Positions 15,598 to 24,489 of a stretch of DNA of 34,499 bases are shown here, piece after piece. Source of the stretch: Nitrososphaerota archaeon (GTDB lineage Archaea > Thermoproteota > EX4484-205 > JAAOZO01); contig JAAOZO010000213.1 in assembly GCA_011605715.1 (NCBI GenBank), positions 1-34,499 on the forward strand. Reading direction: 5' to 3'. Both the position numbers and the translations under genes were made by a program. The notes under the pieces were generated by a model, which saw only the letters and a list, made by a program, of their open reading frames with translations, was not told where the DNA came from and made no database searches. Position 1 is the stretch's first letter; each line of letters begins with the position of its first letter.

Positions 15598-16362
15598 TTA
15601 TTTTAAATACAATGTTTCTAGATCGTTTGGTATAAAAACTGTCATATTTTTAACTTTGAATTTCCTTTTCTTTATCTTTTGTTTTCCTAAATGTACAAGC
15701 ACAAGCATACTTACGTTGCACTTTAATCCTTCAGAAATTGCTTGATTAACAGTTGAATGACCAACCTTAAAAGAAAAATTCTCATACTTGTTACATAAAG
15801 ATGCTTCGTGAATTAAGATGTCAGAATTCTTTCCAAACTTTACAAGATTTTCTGTTGGCGATGTGTCTCCACTATAAACTATCGTTTTCCTCTCTTTTTT
15901 TAAAACTATTTTATATGCAACCGAAAATGATGTATGTTTTGACTTTATACAAGAAATTTTTACATTCTTATCTTCATATGCATTCGTTTCTTTTTCCTTA
16001 GCATAAAAAGAACAAAGTCTCACGTTTTTTGTTAATTCGGTTGTAATGTATCTCATTAAATTTCTTATATCTTTTTCAATTTTGTTTGGATAAATAATCT
16101 TTATTTCATGTCTCGTTAAAAAAGTCCGATAAAGCACTACACTTGGTATCCCTAAGACATGGTCTCCGTGGCTATGAGTTACAAATATAGCTTTTATTTT
16201 TCTGAAATTAATTTTTGCTTTTTGTATTTGCTTAAAAGTGGCTTCTCCTGCATCAAGTAGGTAATTACTTCCCTGTGTCTCTATGAGAAGGGCTGATTCG
16301 TTTCTTTCAATACTTGAAATCCATCCACCCGTTCCTAAAAATACTATTTTAGCCATCTTCAC
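15598..16362 (-). CDS. MBL-fold metallo-hydrolase, RNase Z/ElaC-like
   Basis: The N-terminus is IVFLGTGG...LLDAGE, with the HxHxDH motif VTHSHGDHVLG and a later distal His (LIHEA, VGHST). The GTG at 16362 or the ATG at 16356 are both possible starts. At about 252 aa it is shorter than a typical RNase Z. Confidence 0.7.
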   Translation of the reverse strand: MKMAKIVFLGTGGWISSIERNESALLIETQGSNYLLDAGEATFKQIQKAKINFRKIKAIFVTHSHGDHVLGIPSVVLYRTFLTRHEIKIIYPNKIEKDIRNLMRYITTELTKNVRLCSFYAKEKETNAYEDKNVKISCIKSKHTSFSVAYKIVLKKERKTIVYSGDTSPTENLVKFGKNSDILIHEASLCNKYENFSFKVGHSTVNQAISEGLKCNVSMLVLVHLGKQKIKKRKFKVKNMTVFIPNDLETLYLK

Positions 16363-16514
16363 TTTTATTTTGATAAACTTGGTTATAAGGATTTACTAAA
16401 AAGAAGACTTATTCAATAGTACTAGGCATCAAAAAAGCTCAAGTATTTTTTCTCTAAAGCATACTTCACTTTTATCAAATGTTTTGAGCTCCAAGGTTTT
16501 AACTAAGAATGCCA

Positions 16515-17495
16515 CTACCTGTGTCCATAGACTGGCTTTGGTTTATACGGTTCTTCAAGATACTTTATTTCATCGTCTGAAAGTTTTACAGTAGTAGCGT
16601 TAACTGCTTCTTCAACATGTTCTGGTTTAGTAGTGCCTATTATTGGAGCAGTCACACCTTTATGTAAAAGCCATGCTATGGCTACCTGCGATATAGTAAT
16701 ATCTTTGCTCTTTGCTATTTCTGAGGCTCTTCTCAGTATTTCTGCATTTTCAGGAGGCTCAATGTAGACTTTATAATCATCTGAACCCTGCTTTATTCTA
16801 GTTTCGTTTTCAGGTAGAACTATTTTTCCATCTTTATAAAACCTCTCTGATAGAACTCCTGCAGCAGTTGGACTCCAAGGTATTATTCCTATTCCATTAG
16901 CTTTGCAGAATGGTATCATTTCTCTTTCTTCTTCTCTATACAGCAAACTATACCTATTCTGCATACTTACGAATTTCTCATAACCTTTCATTTCAGCTAT
17001 GTATATTGCTGTAGCAAATTGCCATGTCCACATGCTAGATGCTCCTATATATCGTACTTTTCCTTCTCTCACTAAGTAAGTTAATGTAGACAGTGTTTCT
17101 TCTATTGGTGTTTCGTAATCCCACCTATGGATTTGATAAAGGTCAACGTAATCTGTTTGTAGTCGCTTTAATGAATCCTTTATTTGTTTCATTATATGTT
17201 TTCTAGAAAGGCCACTATCATTGGGTCCATTACCCATCTTTCCATAAACTTTAGTAGCTATTACAGCATCTTCTCTTCTTTCCTTTAAGGCCTCTCCGAG
17301 TATTTCCTCTGACCTCCCTCTAGAATAAACATTGGCTGTATCAAAGAAGTTAATGCCTAAATCCCATGCTTTATTTATAACTTTAAGTGCTTGATCTTTT
17401 TCTACCATCCAAGGTGTAGCATTTCCAAAAGACATAGCTCCTAGACATATCCTTGAAACTTTTAATCCACTACTACCAAGTCTAACGTACTCCAT
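16515..17495 (-). CDS. Aldo/keto reductase
   Basis: 326 aa. AKR signatures are LGAMSFG, FFDTANVYSRGRSEEILGEAL, DLYQIHRWD, IGASS and IIGTTKPEHVEE. Confidence 0.9.
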   Translation of the reverse strand: MEYVRLGSSGLKVSRICLGAMSFGNATPWMVEKDQALKVINKAWDLGINFFDTANVYSRGRSEEILGEALKERREDAVIATKVYGKMGNGPNDSGLSRKHIMKQIKDSLKRLQTDYVDLYQIHRWDYETPIEETLSTLTYLVREGKVRYIGASSMWTWQFATAIYIAEMKGYEKFVSMQNRYSLLYREEEREMIPFCKANGIGIIPWSPTAAGVLSERFYKDGKIVLPENETRIKQGSDDYKVYIEPPENAEILRRASEIAKSKDITISQVAIAWLLHKGVTAPIIGTTKPEHVEEAVNATTVKLSDDEIKYLEEPYKPKPVYGHR

Positions 17496-17596
17496 GGTTT
17501 TACACCTAAGGGTTATTTGTTGCTTTACATATTTAAAGATTTCGATTTAAACCCAAGAGTTATCTTTGCTTTGACAACTAAACTTTGAACTAGTTA

Positions 17597-18967
17597 TTAA
17601 ATGCTTATTAACTTAAACTCGTTCTCTTTCTTTTTTAATAGAATAAAAACAAAGAGTACTGCAAAGATCAAAAAAACTCCAATCACGATTAAGTTAACTT
17701 TGTATTTTGAAGCTCCCAATATCTTGTACTCGTAGTGGGAGGAAACAAGAGGATAGTCATCCTTTACGTAAAGTTCAACATAAGGCTTTTTTCCAATGCC
17801 TCCTACAGTATCGTTAGTACTGTAGTCGCTCCAGTAATTTCCGACATAACTTGAATAAATCTTTCCTTTATACTCATAACTTACCTCGTTTTTGCTTCTC
17901 AAAGAAACTGTTGAGTTGCAACTATAGATGTTTATTGTATTATTTACAAAATCATTGAGGAAGATTGTTACATTGTTAGAGTTAGCTATGTATACCCCAT
18001 ACCAATTGTTAGAAATTGTTAAGTTTGTTACGACTATGTTGGAAGAAAATACAATAAGTAAAGATTGAAAATTGTTGCTCAAGTTGAGGTCCTTTACAAC
18101 TATGTTAGTACTGTTTATTAATCCAACAAATCCTGCGTTTTCTGGTATAGTTAGATTCTCTTTTCCAACTAAGTACACAACATTTTTGTTATTTATTTCA
18201 TTGTCTAATTCTAAAAAATTCATGAAGTTTTCAATTAAGACCCCATAAACTCCAAAGTTTCTTTTATTTCCAGAAATTAAGTTTTTAGATAAGAAATTTT
18301 TGTTTGACATTTCAAGTAACACTCCATACCTATAGTTGCTGTTAATGGTATTGTTCTTTATTTTATTGTACGAAGAATAAGCCAAAATTATACCTTCAGA
18401 GTTATTTTCTACTATGTTGCTTTCTATTGAATTTTCATGTGAATCTATTAAAAAAATCCCGCTTAGCCTATTGTTAAAAATTAAATTATTTCTTACGCTG
18501 GATCTTCTTGAATCTATTAAGTCCACTCCATCAGTTCCGTTAATTATCACGTTGTTACTAATTGTTATATTTTCAGCTTTTGCAACAATTACTGCTCTCA
18601 TTGCAGGATTGCCCACCAACGTAAACCCAGAGAGGTTAGCATCGTCTGAGAGGATCTCTACTACTGGCTTTCCAGAGTCTAAATAGGTTATTTTGGTTGA
18701 TCTTGGTCCCCCTTCAGACACTAGTGTAACTTTCTTGTTCAGCTTTATATTTTCGAAATAATTTCCCTTTCTTACTATTATCATGCTATAAATCGGCGCA
18801 TTGTTTATTGCCTCTTGTATGCTTGAGAAGTTATCTGGCACGTAAATTGGTGTCCTTCTTGTAAATTCAACCACCGAGAATACCATTAGACTTCCTTGAA
18901 AAGTTGTCAAAAAATGTAACATAAAGAGGATAAAAACAACAAAAATCAGTAAGCGTTTTTTGAACAT
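17597..18967 (-). CDS. Membrane-anchored right-handed parallel beta-helix (PbH1 / NosD-like) surface protein
   Basis: An N-terminal hydrophobic signal/anchor is followed by more than 10 tandem ~22-aa PbH1-type turns, e.g. NNLIFNNRLSGIFLIDSHENSIESNIVENNSEGIILAYSSYNKIKNNTINSNYRYGV. There are many N-x-S/T sequons and a C-terminal TM plus KKK. I prefer the ATG at 18967 (MFKKRLL...) over the track's TTG at 18976. Confidence 0.7.
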   Translation of the reverse strand: MFKKRLLIFVVFILFMLHFLTTFQGSLMVFSVVEFTRRTPIYVPDNFSSIQEAINNAPIYSMIIVRKGNYFENIKLNKKVTLVSEGGPRSTKITYLDSGKPVVEILSDDANLSGFTLVGNPAMRAVIVAKAENITISNNVIINGTDGVDLIDSRRSSVRNNLIFNNRLSGIFLIDSHENSIESNIVENNSEGIILAYSSYNKIKNNTINSNYRYGVLLEMSNKNFLSKNLISGNKRNFGVYGVLIENFMNFLELDNEINNKNVVYLVGKENLTIPENAGFVGLINSTNIVVKDLNLSNNFQSLLIVFSSNIVVTNLTISNNWYGVYIANSNNVTIFLNDFVNNTINIYSCNSTVSLRSKNEVSYEYKGKIYSSYVGNYWSDYSTNDTVGGIGKKPYVELYVKDDYPLVSSHYEYKILGASKYKVNLIVIGVFLIFAVLFVFILLKKKENEFKLISI

Positions 18968-19303
18968 TCTTACCAACTTTAAGTTAAATTCTAAGTTCGT
19001 TTTATGTCCTCTGTATTTAGAATACTGCGAAAGTATTTCTTATAAATCTTATTGTTTTCTCATTCTGTTTCTATTGTTTAGTATTGCATGAATATTATTT
19101 CTAAAATCTTGAAATAGCAACATATGTTCGCTTCTAAGTGGAATAAAAGGATAAGACTCAATAAACAATGGAACGTCAGTATTTCTAGAAGTAAGAATCT
19201 TCTTGGTTAACTGATAAGAGGCCAAACGACTGAAATTGATTTACAATACCTAGATAATTTTTGTTCTCTTCTATAACTTCAATGTTGTAACTTTCTTCTG
19301 ATC

Positions 19304-20455
19304 CTAGAGCATATAAAGAGGGATGTTCGATAAAATTATTATGATCCCACTAAGGCGGAATGGTAAGTTTATGCTCATACTTCCACTTACTCCTGCAAGA
19401 AATGGGCCAACAATGTTTCCTATAGAAGATATTGATGAAACTAAGTTGTAGTCTTTTCCTCTACTGTCTTCTCTACAATACAGTTGAATCATATAGTTCC
19501 TTATCGGCAACCAGAGCGATGCTCCAATGAAGTCGTGAAGTATCCATAGAAAGGCTGAAGCAACAAATAAGTTCGGAAAAGTTGAAATGGCCGTAAAAAA
19601 GCCTTGTATGCTTACAAATAACATAAGATAAAACTTTAGTTGAAATCTCTTAAGTTTTTTAATTATCTTATCGCTGTACATGAGTGGTATCCCTAGACTT
19701 AGTCTATGAATTGTCATAAGTATCGAAACCATAACTGGCGATAATGCAAATTTATCGGAGAAGAACAAAGGAGTAATAAAGCTATGGCTTGCAGATGAAC
19801 CAATAAAAAGAATTAGTCCAGATACAGAGAGAACAACAAGTTGTCTAGGAAACTTAGAATAGCTCTTTACGTTGTTACTTTTGTTTATTATTCTATTTCT
19901 TGTTCTCTCTACAAAGAGAATTGAAAATACTACAAAACCAAATATTTGAAGAATCCCCGAGACGATAAACGTAGCGTGGTATCCTAAGAATTCTGCTAAG
20001 AATCCACTGAGCGCTAATCCAACTGCTTGAAAAATGAACTCTAGGCCTGACATTTTAGAGTAGGCGGGAATAAAGTTTTCTTTGTCTTGATCGAACAACA
20101 TGGGAACAAAAACTGCATTCTTTATTGCTACGGACGTGTCAAAAAGTATTTTTAGTATCGTTAGAGGAATTAAGTTACTGAAAAACGAAGTAGTAAGGTG
20201 AGAAATTCCTCCAAGTAGCAAAGCTGACGAAAAGAATATTTTTCTTCCTAAAATATCTGACCTTTCTCCAATAAATATGTTTGCAATAGTTACAAATAAA
20301 GCCGATAGCGTAAAAGCAAATCCCATATCTAGTAGAGATATGTTTAGAAAATTCATGTAAAGTGGAAAAAGTACTTCGTAAAGGCCAAATGAAAATCCAA
20401 AAATTACTATCGGAAGTATCGTTCCTATCAAACTTTTTGCATCCAACGTGGCCAC
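19304..20455 (-). CDS. MFS transporter
   Basis: 383 aa with a GTG start and about 10-12 TM segments. The loop 2-3 motif-A-like sequence is GERSDILGRKIF. A minus-strand TATA-like aaatataag (complement of 20474-20482) lies about 23 nt upstream of the start. Confidence 0.8.
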   Translation of the reverse strand: MATLDAKSLIGTILPIVIFGFSFGLYEVLFPLYMNFLNISLLDMGFAFTLSALFVTIANIFIGERSDILGRKIFFSSALLLGGISHLTTSFFSNLIPLTILKILFDTSVAIKNAVFVPMLFDQDKENFIPAYSKMSGLEFIFQAVGLALSGFLAEFLGYHATFIVSGILQIFGFVVFSILFVERTRNRIINKSNNVKSYSKFPRQLVVLSVSGLILFIGSSASHSFITPLFFSDKFALSPVMVSILMTIHRLSLGIPLMYSDKIIKKLKRFQLKFYLMLFVSIQGFFTAISTFPNLFVASAFLWILHDFIGASLWLPIRNYMIQLYCREDSRGKDYNLVSSISSIGNIVGPFLAGVSGSMSINLPFRLSGIIIILSNIPLYML

Positions 20456-20511
20456 AGTAGTCGTTTCTGAACTCTTATATTTCTTTTCTTTAGTTTTGAC
20501 TCCTAAAAAGA

Positions 20512-20519
20512 TTTATAAA
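20512..20519 (+). promoter_or_regulatory. BRE/TATA-like element (aaaaag-aTTTATAAAg) for the isomerase gene
   Basis: TTTATAAA at 20512-20519 is preceded by a purine-rich aaaaag. It lies about 34 nt upstream of the ATG at 20550. Confidence 0.45.
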
Positions 20520-20549
20520 GTTAAACCTACAAATAAATTTTGAAGAGAA

Positions 20550-22040
20550 ATGAAGAGCACAAAAGTTGGAATAACAATGCTCTTGGATGAACGAAAGCAC
20601 GTTTATCCTCAGTACTATGAAAAATGTCTATCGATTGTTAAAAACTGGGCAAACTTTATAGAAAACGAAGTGAAGTTTATCGATGGAACACATCCAGATG
20701 TTATAGTTTCTTCTAAGCTCATCTCTTCTATAAGTTCAGCTAGAGAAGTTGGAGAAGAGTTTGTAAGCAAAGGCGTTAGACAAGTTATCATAGTTTACAA
20801 CGTATGGAACTTCCCATACTTAGTATGGCCCTTCTTAAATACTGTAGGAAAAGATAAACCAATTCTTAATTTGTCGAACAACGAAGGAAAGTACCCTGGT
20901 AATGTTGGTTTGCTTGCAACAGATGGTGCCCTAAGACAAGCTGGCTTCAGAACTCATAGGATTGTTGGAGACCCAAATGACCCTAAAGTTAAGCAGAAGG
21001 TAAAAAATTGGGTTATGGCATCAATTGCAGCCACAAACATAAGAAATGAAGTTTACGGAATGTATGGTGGCCATTCTATGGGGATGGAAACGGGATACTT
21101 CCATTTAGTGCCAATTCAAAATTACTTTGGGACAACGGTAAGTCAGGTAGATCAGCTCTTAATTGTTGAGAAAATGAAAGAAGTTAGTGAAGAAGAAGTT
21201 AACAAAGGCTTGAAGTGGTTAGAAGAGCTCCTTGGAAACAACATTAAGTATGACGGAAAAATGCTAACAAGAGAAACTCTAGCAAAACAGCTTAGGCTAT
21301 ACTTGGCTGTAAAAAGCCTTAATGAAGAAATGGGATTTGATTTTTGTGGTATAAAAGGCCAAAGAGAGCTTTCTGAGCACGTTGTTATACCTGATGTTGC
21401 AGAGATGCTACTAAACGACCCCTATGATTGGAACGGCAAAAAGGAGCCAACAGTATGCTCAACAGAAGCTGACTCTTTTGGAGCATTAACTATGCAAATT
21501 CTGAAGTACATTAGTGGAGGTCTTCCAGTTTTGTTTATGGACGTAAGACTCTACCATCCTGAACTAAACATATGGGATTTCTGTAACTCTGGTGATCATT
21601 CAAGTTGGTATGCCTCGAGAAGCTTTGACCCTAAGGAAAACCTAAAGAAGGTAACTCTTTATCCTGCCCTTGAACTATACTTTAAGGCTGGCGGCGCTTC
21701 TGTTTCTTTTGATGCTGGAGCTGGAGAACTAACGTTCGCAAGGCTTGGACTCTGGAAGGATAAAATTTACATGGTGATCGTAAAGGGCGAAAGTGTTGAG
21801 CTAGATGAAGCAACAAGAAAAAGGATTAATTCTGAAACTGACCCCACTTGGCCTCACGTACACGCTCGGCTTAACTGTTCTTACGATGAATTTGTAAACG
21901 TATTTCCAGCAAATCATATTCATGCTGTTGCTGGGGACCATGTCGAGAAACTTATTTATTTCAGCGAGATAACTAACATAACTCCAATTGTTTTAGGTGA
22001 TAAAGAAGCTCAAAAACCAATTTGGAAGCTTATAGAATAA
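20550..22040 (+). CDS. L-fucose/L-arabinose isomerase family protein (COG2407-like sugar isomerase)
   Basis: 496 aa. The three-domain layout and motifs CSTEADSFGALTM and LFMDVRLY...NSGDHS match the catalytic Glu/Asp region of the fucose isomerase family. The substrate is not determinable. Confidence 0.75.
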   Translation: MKSTKVGITMLLDERKHVYPQYYEKCLSIVKNWANFIENEVKFIDGTHPDVIVSSKLISSISSAREVGEEFVSKGVRQVIIVYNVWNFPYLVWPFLNTVGKDKPILNLSNNEGKYPGNVGLLATDGALRQAGFRTHRIVGDPNDPKVKQKVKNWVMASIAATNIRNEVYGMYGGHSMGMETGYFHLVPIQNYFGTTVSQVDQLLIVEKMKEVSEEEVNKGLKWLEELLGNNIKYDGKMLTRETLAKQLRLYLAVKSLNEEMGFDFCGIKGQRELSEHVVIPDVAEMLLNDPYDWNGKKEPTVCSTEADSFGALTMQILKYISGGLPVLFMDVRLYHPELNIWDFCNSGDHSSWYASRSFDPKENLKKVTLYPALELYFKAGGASVSFDAGAGELTFARLGLWKDKIYMVIVKGESVELDEATRKRINSETDPTWPHVHARLNCSYDEFVNVFPANHIHAVAGDHVEKLIYFSEITNITPIVLGDKEAQKPIWKLIE

Positions 22041-22060
22041 GCTACACTTTTAATTTTCAA

Positions 22061-23305
22061 CTAACTTAGATTTATTTTTTCTGCTATAATTTTTTTGATT
22101 TCAGTAATAGGCATATTTAATTCTTTTGCGATTCTCTTCACGTCTTCAAATTCTGGTTTTGCTCTAAATGTTTTTCCATTTAAGCCTTTTATTACTTTTA
22201 TCGTAACTTCAAACTTTTTTTCTTTAATTTCTACTTCTATTTTCTTAGTTTCTCTTTGCAATGTTATCCTATCTACTTCTTTTATCCTAACTCCTAATGT
22301 CTTAGTTTCATTGAACAAAGTTTCAACTATCTTTTCATAGTTGTTAAGATCGCACATAACTGAAATTAAATACATTGGCCTATTCTTCTTTGTGATTCCC
22401 GGAAGTATTGTTATATCTTTTGCCCCTTCTTCCATAACTTTTTCAATCAAAAATCCTAAGGTTTCGCCATCTACGTCATCAACATTAGTTTCAACCATAA
22501 TTACTTTATCGTTGGAATAAATTTTATTATTTTGTTCACCAAGAATCACTCTAAGTACGTCAACGAAGCCTTTTTCATTTATTGATCCAATTCCTAAACC
22601 AATTTTTATAGGTTTCATTAAAGGATATTGTTCGAGAACTTCTTCAGCTATATTCGTTACTATTGCCGCTCCAGTTGGAGTTGTCAATTCAAAATTTATT
22701 GGTCCTCCTCTAAAGGGGAAGTTTTTTCTTGTTAAAATTTCTAACGTTGCTGGTGCTGGCACTGAAACAGTTCCATGCGAAAATGTAATCGTTCCTCCTC
22801 CAACAGCTAAAGGTGATGAAACAATTTTACAGTTGTTAAACAAGCCAAGAGAATCAAGAGCGGTAACAGTTCCAACAACGTCGATGAAAGTATCTACTGA
22901 ACCACTCTCGTGCAAATCAACTTCCTCAATACTTTCTTTGTGTACCTTAGCTTCAGCACTGAGAAGTGTTAGAAAGATTTCTTCAACTTTTTTCTTTGCT
23001 TTTTCAGAAAGGTTACTTAAAGCCTTGTATTTTTCTAGCACTTCTAAAATCTCTTTTCCTTCCCTTCTTTGAACATCTTCAACAGCACTAACAACAAGCT
23101 TTTTCCCTCTAAACTCCATTAAGCTCGTTTCTTCAAAACTTACTGAAACTTCTTTTACGCCGCTTAGTAAGCTAGAAACTTTTAGTACTTCCTCTCTTAT
23201 TTTTTGTTCATCAGCCCCTAAATCTACGAGTGCAGCAAGAATCATGTCTCCAGAAACTCCTGAAGTATAAGCGTCTATGTAAACTACTTTAGATCTACTG
23301 CTCAC
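22061..23305 (-). CDS. larC: Nickel-pincer cofactor biosynthesis protein LarC (DUF111 / nickel insertion protein)
   Basis: 414 aa with a GTG start. It has the hallmark N-terminus VYIDAYTSGVSGDMILAALVDLGAD, then HESGSVDTFIDVVG, and the C-terminal LarC2-like half in one frame. Confidence 0.85.
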   Translation of the reverse strand: MSSRSKVVYIDAYTSGVSGDMILAALVDLGADEQKIREEVLKVSSLLSGVKEVSVSFEETSLMEFRGKKLVVSAVEDVQRREGKEILEVLEKYKALSNLSEKAKKKVEEIFLTLLSAEAKVHKESIEEVDLHESGSVDTFIDVVGTVTALDSLGLFNNCKIVSSPLAVGGGTITFSHGTVSVPAPATLEILTRKNFPFRGGPINFELTTPTGAAIVTNIAEEVLEQYPLMKPIKIGLGIGSINEKGFVDVLRVILGEQNNKIYSNDKVIMVETNVDDVDGETLGFLIEKVMEEGAKDITILPGITKKNRPMYLISVMCDLNNYEKIVETLFNETKTLGVRIKEVDRITLQRETKKIEVEIKEKKFEVTIKVIKGLNGKTFRAKPEFEDVKRIAKELNMPITEIKKIIAEKINLS

Positions 23306-23505
23306 AGCACTTCTTAGCCTATAGCATACTTATATTTTTTTTGGCATAAAGGCTTCAAAGCAGCTTCAAATTTGTTAGCAAGAAACATGCGTTACACATT
23401 CAGATTATTTTTGTTCTACACGTAATAAAATACTTAAATAACCTCATTTTGAGTGCACCGGTGGAGGACAAAGAAAGATGAGAGGTGCTAGCCTTCACTA
23501 AGGCT

Positions 23506-24489
23506 ATGAATGATTCAGTGCGATTTGCAATTCCAAAAGGATCCTTAGAACCTCAAACTTATAAGTTCCTTGAAGAAGCTGGTTATTCTTTGAGTGGTCA
23601 AGAAAGGTCATATAGACCTAGTATCAACGACCCAGACTTAAAAGTAAAAATACTTAGACCTCAAGAAATTCCTCAACTTGTAGAAGAAGGTGCATACGAC
23701 ATTGGGATAACAGGTCTTGACTGGGTTTACGAAACAAGCGCAAACGTTGAAATTTTGCAAGACCTCGAGTATGGTGCAGTTTCTATAGTTTTAGCAGTAA
23801 GCAAAAATTGGAAAGAGGTAAATTCGTTTGAGGACCTATTAAAGAAAAATTTAGCTGAAAACAGACCTTTAAAAATTTACACAGAATACATTAACTTGTC
23901 TGTTTCTTGGATAAAGAACAATAGCTACTACAGGTCAGTCTTTGGAGGTTCAGAGCCTCAAGTAATAACACCTTGGATAAAAAAAGGAGTTAACGAAAAG
24001 GTTAAGCTCTTTCTAAGTTTTGGTGCAACTGAAGCTAAGCCACCAGAAGATGCTGATGCCATAATAGATGCAATGAGCACAGGAATTACGTTAGAAGAGA
24101 ACGACCTCAAACCAATATGTACTATATTCAACTCTACTGCTAGACTCATAGCAAATAAAACTTCTTTAAGAACGAAGAAGGAAAAAATACTTGATGTTCT
24201 TAGTCTTTTTAGGGGTGTTGTTGAAGCAAGAAAAAGACTTCACATATTTGTTAACGTTAAAGAGGAAAACCTTCAAGCTTTGCTTTCCGTACTTCCTGCC
24301 CTAAAAGGACCAACCGTAAGCCCCCTCTCTCAAAAAGGGTGGTATGCTGTTAATACTGTGATAGAAAAGGATTCATTCTTGAAAATTCTTCCTTTACTTA
24401 GAAAGTATGCTCAAGGCTTAGTGGTTCACTCTCCTAGGCAAGTTATGTCTTTGGAGGAGGTTAAGATAGATGCTCCTAACTGTAACTAA
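23506..24489 (+). CDS. hisG: ATP phosphoribosyltransferase, long form with C-terminal regulatory domain
   Basis: Motifs are RFAIPKGSL, ITGLDWV, SFGATEAKPPEDADAIIDAMSTGITLEEN, and a HisG_C-like tail (LPALKGPTVSPL...GWYAVNTVI). I prefer the ATG at 23506 over the GTG at 23485. There appears to be a ~30-aa insertion (NNSYYRSVFGGSEPQVITPWIKKG). Confidence 0.9.
   Translation: MNDSVRFAIPKGSLEPQTYKFLEEAGYSLSGQERSYRPSINDPDLKVKILRPQEIPQLVEEGAYDIGITGLDWVYETSANVEILQDLEYGAVSIVLAVSKNWKEVNSFEDLLKKNLAENRPLKIYTEYINLSVSWIKNNSYYRSVFGGSEPQVITPWIKKGVNEKVKLFLSFGATEAKPPEDADAIIDAMSTGITLEENDLKPICTIFNSTARLIANKTSLRTKKEKILDVLSLFRGVVEARKRLHIFVNVKEENLQALLSVLPALKGPTVSPLSQKGWYAVNTVIEKDSFLKILPLLRKYAQGLVVHSPRQVMSLEEVKIDAPNCN

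Noticed and set aside
18977-19303. A possible pseudogene or RNA gene in the 327-bp gap between the beta-helix gene and the MFS gene
   Set aside because: Reading by eye found only ORFs shorter than 30 codons, no protein-like remnants, no GC-rich structured segment, and only a 6-bp palindrome (19021-19037). It is kept as part of the beta-helix finding rather than called as a feature.
23306-23484. A classical bacterial-type his attenuator (His-codon-rich leader plus alternative terminator/antiterminator hairpins) upstream of hisG
   Set aside because: There is no run of His codons and no GC-rich alternative stem-loops. Only the 7-codon uORF with a single terminal His codon is present, and it is reported separately at low interest.
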